A stretch of DNA of 64,000 bases from Macrostomum lignano (Eukaryota). The notes below the pieces were generated by a model. That model did no database searches. It was given only the letters and a program-made list of their open reading frames with translations, and was not told the DNA's origin. Each line of letters opens with the position of its first letter. Within the stretch, counting starts at the first letter, position 1. A program made the translations under genes and the position numbers. This document shows positions 1 to 14,900 of this stretch, one piece after another. The stretch covers positions 98,674-162,673 of the forward strand of contig NIVC01000188.1 in assembly GCA_002269645.1 (NCBI GenBank). The letters run 5' to 3'.

Positions 1-1495
1 AAAGAGCCACCTTGTCAAATATTAAAGAGCCACAATGTCAAACATTAAAGAGCCACCATTTCAAACCTAAAGGAGCCACCATGTCGAACATTAAAGAGCC
101 ACCATTTCGAACATAAAAGAGCCACCATATCGAACATAAAAGAGTTACCATGTTAAAAATTAAAGAGCCACCATGTCGAACAATAAAGAGCCACCATGTC
201 AAACATAAAACAGACACCATTAAGAACATTAAAGAGCCACCATGTCGAACATTAAAGAGCCACCATGTCAAACATAAAACAGCCACCATTTTGAAAATTA
301 AGGAGCCACCATTTCGAAATTTAAAGAGCCACCATGTCGAACATTAAAGAGCCACCTTGTCAAATATTAAAGAGCCACCATTTCAAACCTAAAAGAGCGA
401 CCATGTCGAACATACAAGAGCCACCATGTCGAACATAAAAGAGCAGCCATGTAGAACATAAAAGAGCCACCATGTCGAACATAAAAGAGCCACCATGTCA
501 AACATAAAAAAGCCAGCATGTCAAACATAAAAGAGCCAACATGAAGAACATTAAAGAGCCACCATGTCGACCATTAAAAGAGCCACCATGTCGAACATAC
601 AAGAGCCACCATGTCAAACATAAAAAAGCCACCATGTCAAACATTAAAGAGCCACCGTTTCAAACCTATAAGAGCCACCATGTCGAACATTAAAAAGCCA
701 CCATGTCAAACATTAAAGAGCCACAATGTTAAACATTAAAGAGCCACCATTTCAAACCTAAAGGAGCCACTATGTCAAACATAAAAGAGCCACCATATCG
801 AACATAAAAGAGTCACCATGTTAAAAATTAAAGAGCCACCATGTCGAACATTAAAGAGCCACCATGTCGAACATTAAAGAGCCACCATGTCAAACATAAA
901 ACAGCCACCATTTCAAAAATTAAAGAGCCACCATGTCAAACATTAAAGAGCCACCATGTCGAACTCTAAAGAGCCACCATGTCGAACATAAAAGAGCCAC
1001 GATATCAAACATAAAAGAGTTACCATGCTAAAAATTAAAGAGCCACCATGTCGAACAATAAAGAGCCACCATGTCAAACATAAAACAGACACCATTAAGA
1101 ACATTAAAGAGCCACCATGTCGAACATTAAAGAGACACCATGTCGAACATAAAAGAGCCACCATTTCGAAAATTAAGGAGCCACCATTTCAAACCTAAAA
1201 GAGCCACCATGTCGAACATTAAAAAGCCACCATGTCGAACATTAAAGAGCCACCATGTCGAACATTAAAAAGCCAACATGTCAAACATAAAAGAGCCACC
1301 ATGTCAAACCTAAAAAAGCCACCATGTCAAACATAGAAGAGCCACCATGTCAAACATAAAAGAGCCACCATGTCAAACATAAAAGAGCCACCATGTCAAA
1401 CATAAAAGAGCCACCATGTCAAACATAAAAGAGCCACCATGTCAAACATAGAAGAGCCACTATGTCAAACATAAAAGAGCCACCATGTCAAACAT
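1..1495. repeat. 23-bp minisatellite (aaagagccaccatgtcgaacatt)n, truncated by window start
   Basis: Tandem degenerate units visible throughout. Confidence 0.95.
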
Positions 1496-1609
1496 TCAAG
1501 ATATACAATTTCAAATGTAAAGGTATAAAGCGCCATGCCAATTTAAAGGAGCCACTATAAAGCTAAGGAAATTGTCGCTCTAGCTACTTATTGTCTGGTG
1601 GATGGTTGC

Positions 1610-2110
1610 TATTTGGGGATGCTATCTATCTGGGGGATGCTTGCTATTTGGAGGATGCTTGCTTTCTGGGGGATGCTTGCTATCTGGGCGATGCTTGCAA
1701 TTTGGGGGATGCTTGCTATCTGAGGGATGCTTGCTATCTGGTGGATGCTTGCTATCTGGTGGATGCTTGCTATCTGGTGGATGCTTGCTATCTGAGTGAT
1801 GCTTGCTATCTGGGGGATGCTTGCTATCTGAGGGATGCTTGCTATCTGAGGGATGCTTGCTATTTGGGGTATGCTTGCTATCTGAGGGATGCTTGCTATC
1901 TGGGGAATGCTTGCTATCTGGGGAATGTTTGCTATCTGGGGAATGCTTGCTATCTGGGGGATGCTTGCTATCTGGGGGATGTTTGCTATCTGGGGATGCT
2001 TGCTATCTGGGGGATGCTTGCTATCTGGGGGATGCTTGCTATCTGGGGGATGCTTGCTATTTGAGGGATGCTTGCTATTTGAGGAATGCTTGCTATCTGG
2101 GGGATGCTTG
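1610..2110. repeat. 18-bp minisatellite (ggggatgcttgctatctg)n
   Basis: Direct reading. Confidence 0.95.
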
Positions 2111-2739
2111 TTGTCTTGGGAAGATTTCTTATTGCAATTCACTTCATTTGAGCAGTTTGTCTGTTGTCTTTGTGAAGGATTTTTTGGCTGTCTTTTTGTT
2201 ACTTGTAGAGAACAGAGATTCTATCCAGATGTCCCCCATCGGGGGGCGAAGATTGCTAGTGTACTATCTAATTGCTTAATAGGACAAATAACAAAGACGG
2301 AAATGACTAACACTTAGAGCTAAATTTAGAAACAGGCGGTCGTAAAATCGGAGGAGACAGCGAGAGAAAGGAGAGAAAGTGATAAAAAGGTGATAAACCG
2401 AGCCGAGGGCCAGACTATATAATTAAAGTAATATTAATAAACTGGACCTCTTCGTACGCCACGCGCATGGAGGGGCCTAAAATATCCATCGTGCAAATAG
2501 AACACGCTCACACTCTAAATAGATCGTGCACACAGCAGGAAAGTAAAACGGAAAATTAATTGGGGCAACTAAACGCAAGAGAACTGATACGACTTTTTGT
2601 CAGTTTATCAGTTTACGACTTTTTGTGTGTTGTCAGAATGTGGATAAACCGGACTTGTACTATATCGATGTACTTTAGAGGGATGTTATACAAAATAAAT
2701 TTTTTAACATTAATTTATTAGAGATTTTATATTAGCCTG

Positions 2740-2940
2740 TTAGCCAATGAGAATGAACTGCGTACATTTTTGTGCAGTTTTCTGACGCCCTGATACAGCC
2801 TTGGTAGGGGCGGGCGGCGATGCAGGGCTGGCATCGGTGGAAGAGGCGGACATCGAGGGGATGCCGCGATGCGGAGCCACGTCAGGCTGCTCAGCAGCTG
2901 CAGCCTGAGCGGACTCTGAGTCTGCTGCCACAGTAGCGTC
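2740..2940 (-). CDS. ESyt/tricalbin-like exon 21 (Ala/Ser/Pro-rich tail; exact 3' end uncertain)
   Basis: ctcgtag acceptor, open to stop at 2740, AATAAA 21 bp later; a further splice near 2765 is not excluded. Confidence 0.7.
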   Translation of the reverse strand, partial: DATVAADSESAQAAAAEQPDVAPHRGIPSMSASSTDASPASPPAPTKAVSGRQKTAQKCTQFILIG

Positions 2941-5900
2941 CTACGAGAAAATTTATATAGGCTTTATGTACTTTTGACAGCACAAATAATGGAATTTTCA
3001 AATTCAATACGTTACAAGTACTTTTATATTTAAGCTGTACTTTAAGACTAAAGTTGTACTTTTAGATACCCGTTTTACTTTTATATTCAAGCTGTACTTA
3101 TAATATATTAAAGTTGTACTTTTATCTTTTTAATTCAAACTGCCTTTTTCGAACACAAAATGTACCATTGGTTGAATTTGATTTCTTTAATTTTAAAAGC
3201 TGAAATTCACATCACATGTTTTCGTACTTTTTTAATACAAATTGTACGGCAAAATCTGTAAAGAACTTGACAATCGTTGTTCGTATTTTCATATCGGTAA
3301 ATATATAGAACATCCACAAGCCCAACCACAAAATTTATTTCAAAGCAGACTTTTTTTAAGCTTTGAATCGCAAATCGTAAATCAGATTTATATAATGAAT
3401 AAATGTACTTTTAACTGGAAAATGTTCTTCTAATTTGGCTCAATGTACTTTTAACTGGAAATGTACTTTTATAATTTGGTTAAATGTACTTTTTAATTAT
3501 CAAATGTACTTTTAAACTATCGGATGTACTTTCATTGATAAATAGCAAATATAATTTTAAATTGGCAGATGTACATTCAGATTGGTACCCTAAGCCCTAC
3601 CTAAAAATGTACTTATCATACACATCAACTTGCAAATGAATTGAAGACTTAAAAAAGTTCTGCCTCACCTCAAAAACCTCAGAGGGAGGCACCAATTCGT
3701 TATCAACATCGATTTCTTCGTCCAAATCGGCTGAGGTGACGGTGGATTCTGGCAGACGGCATGACAGCAGAATTTCACCTGATTTCACCTTTGGACCAGT
3801 GAGCTGGTACCAGGTTTCGCCGAGCTGTAGTTAAAATAGTTGTATTGTCCTATTTATACTACTTGTAACGATTTAAGTTGGATTTTTTAATCTTAGAAAA
3901 AAGCTTTCAGGAAAAACTTTTAACTACTCATAATCTCTAGTACTCTAAGTAGTATGTAATTTTTAAACGATTTTTTGTATCTCTATATTTTTATTTCATA
4001 CACTTTATTCTTGCAAAAAAACTAAATTAATCAATTAAAAAGCATTGGCAAGACTCATGCGGCAGACTAGCATGCTTTCTAAGAAAAGCAACTGACTTAC
4101 TAATAGCTAATTGAAACTAAAGCACGCAATATTAATATTGTGTACTTAAATTTTCTAGCCAATATTTTAACACATTGACAGGCTTTCTTCCAAATATGCA
4201 TATGTTTAGTAGGGGATACTGAACACCCTCATCCAAGCTTACTGCCTCACTCGGTCAGTTAATCTCTTACTGGCTTAATTAACTAATTAATTAATCAATC
4301 AATCAGTTAGTCATTCAACCTATCCATCAGTCAATCCATAAGCTAATCAATCAATCAATCAATCAATTAATCAAGTAATCAATCCACCAATCCACTAATC
4401 AATCCACCAATCAATCCACCAATCAATCAATCAATCCACCAATCCACCAATCAATCAGTCACTCAGTTAACCAATCAAGTAATCAGCCAACCAATCATAT
4501 ACTTAAAATCCTTCTTTCTTTCAGGAATCTCAGGAATTCAAAACTAACGGAGGATTTCGTTGGTGCCAGTTCTTGAAAACAATTTCAACTGCAACCAATA
4601 CGAGCGTATGCAAGGCTAACTCTTTGAAGAATTAGTCAAAATTAAATTAAACTCAGAATCAGAGCTCAAAAATCTGTCCAAGTCATTCTGTTGCGGAGCA
4701 GAGGCGTAGGTACGCAGCTTCCAGCCTCACAAGAGACTGCTGCATCAGCTTCTCGACTGCCTTAATAGTTGTGAGCAGAGCAATTATGAACCATTAATTA
4801 TTTTGATGATTCGGACTTCATTTCAGGGCTTTTAGGGCGCGCTCATTCACACGCTCGCACAGGATGTACATCAGCCCTGACTTTCTAATCGTCAGGCATG
4901 TACACTCTCTGTGCCTTGGGTTATAAAGTTATTTACGCTACATATCGGCAGAACGGACATACAATTCAAGCAAGAACTTACGGTTGAGGCTGTGACAGGG
5001 TCCAAGGATACCTCGCCCAGATAGTCATTTTTACCAACTGCATCGTAGTCCATGACAGTCTGCGGGAAGAAGCGTCGTTTTAAAGTAATAAAAATGTTGT
5101 GTGTTCCATGATTAACAATTATTGAAACAAAAAATAATTTTTAATATTTTTAACAAAGTAAACAAAATTTGTTAGGAGAAAAAATTCGTTTGTAACTACG
5201 GCAAAGTACAATATAGTTAGACAGAAAGATCATTCACTCTAAATAAGATAACAGCGCGCTTATTTTTTGCTGTAAAGTTTTATCTTCTAAAGTACATTTG
5301 GTACTTTAGAGTACTGAGGGGCATTTGTCTCACTTGCTCCTCACATCTGTCTCACTTTTCTCTCTCTCTCTCTCTCACACACACACAAAAATATCTCACT
5401 CTCTCATACACCTGTCTCACTCTCACCTGTATCACTCTCACCTGTCTCACTCTCTCCTACACCTGTCTCACTCTCTCATACACCTGTCTCACTCTCTCAT
5501 ACACCTGTCTCAATCTCTCACATACACCTGTCTCACTCTCTCATACACCTGTCTCACTCTCTCACATACCTGTCTCACTCTCACCTGTATCACTCTCTCA
5601 TACACCTGTCTCACTCTCACCTGTCTCACTCTCACCTGTTTCACTCTCTCATACACCTGTCTCACTCTCACCTGTCTCACTCTCACCTGTCTCACTCCCT
5701 CATACACCTGTCTCACTCTCTCATACACCTGTATCACTCTCTCATACACCTGTCTCACTCTCTCATTCACCTGTCTCACTCTCTCATACACCTGTCTCAA
5801 TCTCTCACATACACCTGTCTCACTCTCTCATACACCTGTCTCACTCTCTCACATACCTGTCTCACTCTCACCTGTCTCACTTTCACCTGTCTCACTCTCT

Positions 5901-8900
5901 CATACACCTGTCCCACTCTCTCATACACCTGTCTCTCTCTCTCACATACCTGTCTCACTCTCACCTGTCTCACTTTCACCTGTCTCACTCTCTCATACAC
6001 CTGTCTCACTCTCTCATACACCTGTCTCACTCTCTCATACACCTGTCTCACTCTCTCATACACCTGTCTTACTCTCTCACATATCTGTCTCACTCTCACC
6101 TGTCTCACTCTTTCATACACATGTCTCACTCTCTCATACACCTGTCTCACCCTATCATACACCTGTCTCATTCTCTCACATACCAGTCTCACTCTCTCTT
6201 CCTCTTGTTTCAGTCTCTCACACCTGTCTCACTCTCTTGCGCACCATGTTAGAAATGTTTTAGATTTTGTTAAATATAATAAAGAAGCTGGATTACCACA
6301 AATAATTGTTATAATAATGGTTTAAAAATAATGATAAGATGCAATTCCTTACAAAAGTAACAGCGTGCTTCTTAGGCACGGGCACAGTGAACTCTTCGTT
6401 CCACTGCGGATTTAAACTTCCTTTAACAATCTGCGACTTGTACAGCAGCCGGTTGCCAATGGTAACGCGCACAAACGGATCGCTTGTTCTGCCTAAATCT
6501 GCGGCCATTAATTTTTTACCTGCCACCAGGCTAAATGCGACTGGGCGACCTTCGACAGACTAAGGGCGATTTAGAAGTAAAATTGAGATTGGTTTAAAGA
6601 ACGTCGCTGGAATCAGGCGGAAAAAATGACAAAATTGAATTCGACACTCAAATATCAGAAACCGACACTCAAATATCAGAAACCGACACTCAAATATCGG
6701 AAACCGACACTCAGATATCAGAAAACGCGACACTCAAATATCGGAAACCGACACTCAAATATCAGAAACCGACACTCAAATATCGGAAACCGACACTCAG
6801 ATATCAGAAAACGCGACACTCAAATATCAGAAACCGACACTTAAATATCGAAAACCGACACTCAAATATCAAAAACCGACATTTAAATATCGGAAACCGA
6901 CACTCAAATATCAGAAACCGACACTCAAATATCAGAAACCGACACTCAAATATCAGAAACCGACACTCAAATATCGGAAACTAGAACTCAAATATCGGAA
7001 ACTAGCACTCAAATATCAGAAACCGACACTCAAATATCAGAAACCGACACTCAAATATCGGAAACTAGAACTCAAATATCGGAAACTAGAACTCAAATAT
7101 CGGAAACCGACACTCAAATATCAGAAACCGACACTCAAATATCAGAAACCGACACTCAAATATCAGAAACCGACACTCAAATATCAGAAACCGACACTCA
7201 AATATCGGAAACCAACACTCAGATATCAGAAACCGACACTCAAATATCAGAAACCGACACTCAAATATCAGAAACCGACACTCAAATATCAGAAACCGAC
7301 ACTCAAATATCAGAAACCGACACTCAAATATCAGAAACCGACACTCAAATATCAGAAACCGACACTCAAATATCGGAAACTAGAACTCAAATATCGGAAA
7401 CAGACACTCAGATATCAGAAACCGACACTCAAATATCAGAAACCGACACTCAAATATCAGAAACCGACACTCAAATATCAGAAACCGACACTCAAATATC
7501 AGAAACCGACACTCAAATATCGGAAACCGACACTCAGATATCAGAAACCGACACTCAAATATCGGAAACTAGCACTCAAATATCAGAAACCGACACCTAA
7601 ATATCAGAAACCGACACTCAAATATCAGAAACCGACACTCAAATATCAGAAACCGACACTCAAATATCAGAAACCGACACTCAAATATCAGAAACCGACA
7701 CTCAAATATCAGAAACCGACACTCAAATATCAGAAACCGACACTCAAATATCAGAAACCGACACTCAAAGATCGGAAACTAGAACTCAAATATCGGAAAC
7801 AGACACTCAGATATCAGAAACCGACACTCAAATATCAGAAACCGACACTCAAATATCAGAAACCGACACTCAAATATCAGAAACCGACACTCAAATATCA
7901 GAAACCGACACTCAAATATCAGAAACCGACACTCAAAGATCGGAAACTAGAACTCAAATATCGGAAACAGACACTCAGATATCAGAAACCGACACTCAAA
8001 TATCAGAAACCGACACTCAAATATCAGAAACCGACACTCAAATATCAGAAACCGACACTCAAATATCAGAAACCGACACTCAAATATCAGAAACCGACAC
8101 TCAGATATCAGAAACCGACACTCAAATATCGGAAACTAGCACTCAAATATCAGAAACCGACACCTAAATATCAGAAACCGACACTCAAATATCAGAAACC
8201 GACACTCAAATATCAGAAACCGACACTCAAATATCGGAAACTAGCACTCAAATATCAGAAACCGACACCTAAATATCAGAAACCGACACTCAAATATCAG
8301 AAACCGACACTCAAATATCAGAAACCGACACTCAAATATCAGAAACCGACACTCAAATATCGGAAACTAGAACTCAAATATCGGAAACTAGCACTCAAAT
8401 ATCAGAAACCGACACTCAAATATCAGAAACCGACACTCAAATATCAGAAACCGACACTCAAATATCGGAAACCGACACTCAAATATTAGAAACCGACACT
8501 CAAACATCAGAAACCGACACTCAGATATCAGAAACCGACACTCAGATATCAGAAACCGACACCTAAATATCAGAAACCGACACTCAAATATCAGAAACCG
8601 ACACTCAAATATCAGAAACCGACACTCAAATATCAGAAACCGACACTCAAATATCGGAAACTAGAACTCAAATATCGGAAACCGACACTCAGATATCAGA
8701 AACCGACATTCAAATATCAGAAACCGACACTCAGATATCAGAAACCGACACCCAGATATCAGAAACCGACACTCAAATATCAGAAACCGACACTCAAATA
8801 TCAGAAACCGACACTCAAATATCAGAAACCGACACTCAAATATCGGAAACTAGAACTCAAATATCGGAAACTAGCACTTAAATATCAGAAACCGACTCTC

Positions 8901-11900
8901 AAATATCAGAAACCGACACTCAAATATCAGAAACCGACACTCAAATATCAGAAACTGACACTCAAATATCAGAAACCGACACTCAAATATCGGAAACAGA
9001 CACTCAGATATCAGAAACCGACACTCAAATATCGGAAACCGACACTCAAATATCAGAAACCGACACTCAGATATCAGAAACCGACACTCAAATATCAGAA
9101 ACCGACACTCAAATATCAGAAACCGACACTCAAATATCGGAAACTAGAACTCAAATATCGGAAACTAGCACTCAAATATCAGAAACCGACACTCAAATAT
9201 CAGAAACCGACACTCAAATATCAGAAACCGACACTCAAATATCAGAAACCGACACTTTTAAATATCAGAAACCGACACTCAAATATCAGAAACCGACACT
9301 CAAATATCGGAAACCGACACTCAGATATCAGAAACCGACACTCAAATATCAGAAACGACACTCAAATGTCAGAAACCGACACTCAAATATCAGAAACGAC
9401 ACTCAAATATCAGAAACCGACACTCAGATATCAGAAACCGACACTCAAATATCAGAAACCGACACTCAAATATCAGAAACCGACACTTTTAAATATCAGA
9501 AACCGACACTCAAATATCAGAAACCGACACTCAAATATCGGAAACCGACACTCAGATATCAGAAACCGACACTCAAATATCAGAAACGACACTCAAATAT
9601 CAGAAACCGACACTCAAATATCAGAAACGACACTCAAATATCAGAAACCGACACTCAGATATCAGAAACCGACACTCAAATATCAGAAACGACACTCAAA
9701 TATCAGAAACCGACACTCAGATATTAGAAACCGACACTCAAATATCAGAAACCAACAAGGCGACTCACTTTATCCACGGACTTTGATTTTGATGATGATG
9801 CAGCGGCAGCAGAGGCATCAGCGGTAGGTTCCGAGGACATTGTGCACTCCAGGCACAGTTCGCCAGTTTGTTGGTCTTTTTCGTCTGTCAGCTGGTGCCA
9901 AACTGGCTCGGTCTGTTTGGGTTGGATTGGATAATTGAATTACGATTTCTGTGGATTAAATGATGGACTAGTTGATTTATTGATTTATTGATTTATTGAT
10001 TAGTTGGTTGGTTGATTGATTGATTGACTGATTGATGGATTGAATGATTGATTGATTGATTGATTAATTGATTGATTGATTGATGGATGGATGGATAGAC
10101 AGATAGATAGATTAATTCATTCATTCATTGATTGATAGATGAATTGATTAATTAGTTGATTGGTTGGTTGATTGGTTGAAAGATTGATAAATTAAAGGGA
10201 TAGTTCATTGATTGATTGATTGAGTAACTGATATGTACAATATAAGACAAAGAAATCTGACATCTCTCAAGTGTGCTGCAGCGGAAAACGAACTCACAGC
10301 GGTTGACAGGCAGGCAATGGCCTCCAGATTCAATTCCACAGATCCAATGCAATCGCTTTTGCCAAACGAACTCTTAGAGTTAACGGACTGAAAACGAAAT
10401 TCCAAATGCAAATGAATTGACAGACGGAAGGCTGTATTTTCGAAAAAAAACTAATAACTTTCTTAGAAACGCAGGAGCATTTTTCCGGTCGTAAACTCAG
10501 TCAAGCCAGTTAAACAATTTCTAAGAAACACAGTTACCAGCCCTTCTAATTAAAACAAATTTTCTAAAAATAATACAATAAAACAAAATTACTTACAAAC
10601 ACGATTGGTTCCGTACCCATTGCAGCCGAGAACTTCTGTCCCCAATAGGGTCGATCAGTTTTAGCCTCAGTTTTAGTCCGAAAAATCTCCGCAGCATTCG
10701 CCGATGACGTCACCTTGACGAAGGCGTCAACAGATTTGCCGCCTAGAAGATTTCTAGCCGAATGCACCGTGAAATTCAAACCCGGCCCCGTCGGTAGCGA
10801 TGACGTCATCCTGTCCGAGGATTTGCTCTTCGCCGAACTTTTTTCAACTGCAGCTCCGGCCAAGCCTTCGGACACGATCTTGCAGCCCAGCTCGATCTGA
10901 CCGGAGCGAATGCCTTTGCCGGACAGGTTGAACCAGCGAGTGGAGGCCTGGAGAGTTTTTTAGTTTCAAACATAAAATAGTGACAACAATATTCTTGACT
11001 CTTGACTACAGTAGAAACATAAAAATTTGTCGCGTAAAAATGGATGAGAATTTATTAAACATTTTCGTTCATGAGGAACAGTTTAGAGATAGGATATTAG
11101 TAAGATATCTCCCAGATTATCAAACGCTTTTTACCGAGAATCTAGAGTAGATTCTAACATTTAACTAACAAATCATGAAGGGTTCTAAGGGTATTTCTCA
11201 GATCATCAAAAACTTAATTGGAATTTCTCAGACTGTCAAAGTCACGAGGGTAATTTCTCACATCATCAAATACTCAAGGGGAATTCTCAGATTATCCAAC
11301 GAATAACCATTTGCAGAGATTTAACGGCTTTATGGCCTATTCAGTAGTTAAACAACATTATTAGCACTCACCGAGTCCGACAGAGCCCTAATTTCTTCCA
11401 AGGTGAGCAACAGGTCGCCAAGAAAGTCTTTCCCAATGCGATCTTTATCCCAAACAGTCTGCGAAAGTGAAGGAATGATGAAAAATGACAGATTTTTTAC
11501 TACGATAAATGGGCTTAGTAAAAGTCATTTAGTTAATGTACTTTAGTAAAAGTACTTCCATAAATGTACTTTAGTAAATGTACTTTAGTAAATGCAATAC
11601 AATAGATAACTCTCTTACCACTTTCAACTGCTCGCCCTGCCTAGGACATCTAGTGGTGACCCATTCATTCCAGCGCGGCTCCAGCGTAGCCTTGCTGACT
11701 TTGCTCCTGAACAGCATCTCGTCACCGATTCGAAGTTCAACAAACGGATCGCTGGTGCCGCCGCGGTCCATGGCCATGAGCTCCTTGGCGCCTAGCAGGT
11801 TGAACTCCATGACACCCAGGCCTAAAAGTGAGCGCGAATATTAACCTATAATGACATAAAATGGTTTTAGCCTAGTAAAGGGGTTGCTGCCCAGTGGTTA

Positions 11901-14900
11901 GAGCGTCGGACTCAAGACTGAAAAGTCGGGGGTTCGATTCTCGATCCCACTCAGAACAATTTGTGTCCTTGAGCAAGGCACTCAACTCTGTATTGCTTCA
12001 GTTCACCCAGCTGTAAAATGGGTGCCAGCATTAGCTGGGGTAATTGAGGGTGTGTGTGGCGACCCCCCAGTCCTTTGACTGAACAGCTGTACGCAGCCTT
12101 CAGATGCGTCGCTCAATAGCTGCGGCTGAGCTGTCGGCTGCACATCTGGCCCAATTGGGTCAGGTGTAATCAATTATTATTAGTAGTAGTACATAAATCT
12201 AAGTACGAAGGCACAAGCTCACGCAGGGTGTACAAGCATGTACACTCTCTGTGTCTTAGGGATTGGCCCTCATGGAATCGCAAATCGCACGACAAACCCC
12301 CTCCCCAGAAATGGAATCATGGTGACGCATTAACTACTGACCGACAACCCCCTCCCCAGAAATGGAATCATGGTGACGCATTAACTACTGACCGACAACC
12401 CCCTCCCCAGAAATGGAATCATGGTGACGCATTAACTACTGACCGACAACCCCTCCCCAGAAATGGAATCATGGTGACGCATTAACTACTGACCGACAAC
12501 CCCTCCCCAGAAATGGAATCATGGTGACGCATTAACTACTGACCGACAACCCCTCCCCAGAAATGGAATCATGGTGACGCATTAACTACTGACCGACAAC
12601 CCCTCCCCAGAAGTGGAATCATGGTGACGCATTAACTACTGACCGACAACCCCTCCCCAGAAATGGAATCATGGTGACGCATTAACTACTGACCGACAAC
12701 CCCTCCCCAGAAATGGAATCATGGTGACGTATTAACTACTAACCTGCACTTGCGGACACTAGCTAGAAGGAATTATATTCGTAGCATACGGTACTAACCG
12801 CAGTCAACTCTGCTGAACTTGCTATTATCCACTAGGCTAGGGACCCCCCCCCCTGCTAATGGATGCTCTAAGAAGAGTATTGATACATACTCTTACATAA
12901 TATTGGTAAAATATGTATTTTTAATAGTCCAACAAGACACCATAAAATTTCAGTTTGCACCTTTAGCCAAGTAAGCTCCGGCATTCATAGAATAGCTGTC
13001 GTCCGCTGTACCGTCTCTCTTGGCTCCCTGAAAATTGACAAAAGAATCATATATACTTAACCATCAAATCTTAACCATAAATCATATATAGCACATGATA
13101 GCAGACTCAGTGAAATTACGTACAAAAACATTGCTCGTATTGATTATAATAATTAGTGCCAAACAAAAATTACAGCAATTTGTACTAAATTGTAAACATA
13201 TTTTTGTTTAGAATTACATAATTTTCTTACGAATTTCCCGATAAACCTATTTCGTCCAAGATTCTGATTAGAAGTACATCGAAAAAAACAGTTTTGTTAG
13301 TTAAGTCATTGCGGCAATCAGTCGCATGATGTTAGGTTCCATTTTAAACAAAATAAATTATAGGTTAGAAAAGTTAGTCCAACAAAATGAAGCGAATTAA
13401 TATTAATTTTTTATTTCTGTAAACACATAATTATCTATATTTTCTGTTGCATAAAAAGATAAAAAAAAATTTAATTCGACAACACAACACGACAGATTTC
13501 TAAAGCATGAACAACAACAAAAAGACACACAGTATGTGTCAGTTTGCAAATTCTTTTTTCAAGTTACCTCTTCTGATGAAACCTGAAATTTTGATTAAAT
13601 ATTTAAAACGACTTTTTGCTTTCTTCATTAAGATATTCCTTAATGTTGCGTTAATACTACTGAATAGAGGCTAAACAAGTAGTAAAAAAGATAGTTTCAA
13701 TTCAGTTATAAATTAAACGGAATTGAACTCTCACCGACGCTTTGTTATTAGAAGCATCCGCGCACTGCAAATTCATCAGCTCTGTGTCAGTCAGCTGACC
13801 GCTGTTCGCTTTGGCCAGTTCTGTTATCGGTGGTTAGGGGGGTAGGGGTTGGGTAAAAAAACGTTTCTAGCCAATCAGAAACCGCCTGATTTGGGAAAGA
13901 GGGGTAAGAGGGAGAGGGAGAAAAAGACCGCAGCCAATAAGATTAGAGCCATAAACGAATAAGTGTCTGTACAATAATTGGCAGTAAAATCCTGGTAGTT
14001 GGGTTTTACGAGTATTAAAAATATCTGAGTTCAAGTACATAAGTAATTGAGCTTAAATAGCGACGTAACTATGCGTGTATAAATATTCAATCGATTGAGA
14101 GTTTTAAACACTTTATCAACCTAGTTTTGAACACTCAATCAAGGCATTTTTAGACATTCAATCAACAGAAGTTTAATTTTAAACACTCAATCAAGCCAGT
14201 TTTAAACACACAACCAAGCGAGTTTAACTATAGCTTCGTGTAGCAGGAAAAATTGTATGGATGATTAAATTCTAGGACTAAATCAAATAAAGTGCTTCTA
14301 GATAAAATATGCTTATTGTAACGAGTTCTTACCAGACTTAGCCACAGATGGCACTGGTCTAAAAACGATTGAAAACAGCAGATTGCCCATATTGTTACTG
14401 GCTACTTGGCCGTGCTTGGCAACGCTGTAACCAAGCGGCAGCTGATGAAATAACAACGTGGAGTTTTCCTAGAAAATTGGTAAAAAACTGGTTCAATTGA
14501 AAATGCTTTAAGCATTAGCTCGTATATGTTATCGACTGCTAAGCGCACACCTTCTGCAGTGTCACGTGACAGGCGCCTAGAAAATCGTCTCGCAATGCGT
14601 TCCTGCCATCGTAGTCGTAAAGAAAGAATGATACGGTGGTCTGAAAGAAAAGAAAACAACTTGTATTTAAGCTTGTTGCGTTCACGGGCTGTAGGTGTAA
14701 AATAAAGACGTGCGAGGAAGTGAGAGACGAGCTAGGGGTAGAAATTAACTAACTCTAAGGAGACTAAGTGAAGTCGCCAGCCAATGAGAGACGAGCTAGG
14801 GACAGAGAAATTCTGGGGTCTGACTACGAAGTCGCCAGCCAATGAGAGACGAGCTAGGAACAGAGAAATTCTGGGGTCTGACTACGAAGTCGCCAGCCAA

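Noticed and set aside
4525-4605. Plus-strand exon-like segment with a strong polypyrimidine acceptor
   Set aside because: No partner exons or recognisable protein similarity
11881-11955. Functional tRNA gene
   Set aside because: Acceptor stem not evident and followed by a SINE core shared with a second copy
12293-12740. Possible CRISPR-like array (also 14770, 24575)
   Set aside because: Head-to-tail units with no unique spacers; eukaryotic intronic or intergenic context; no cas genes
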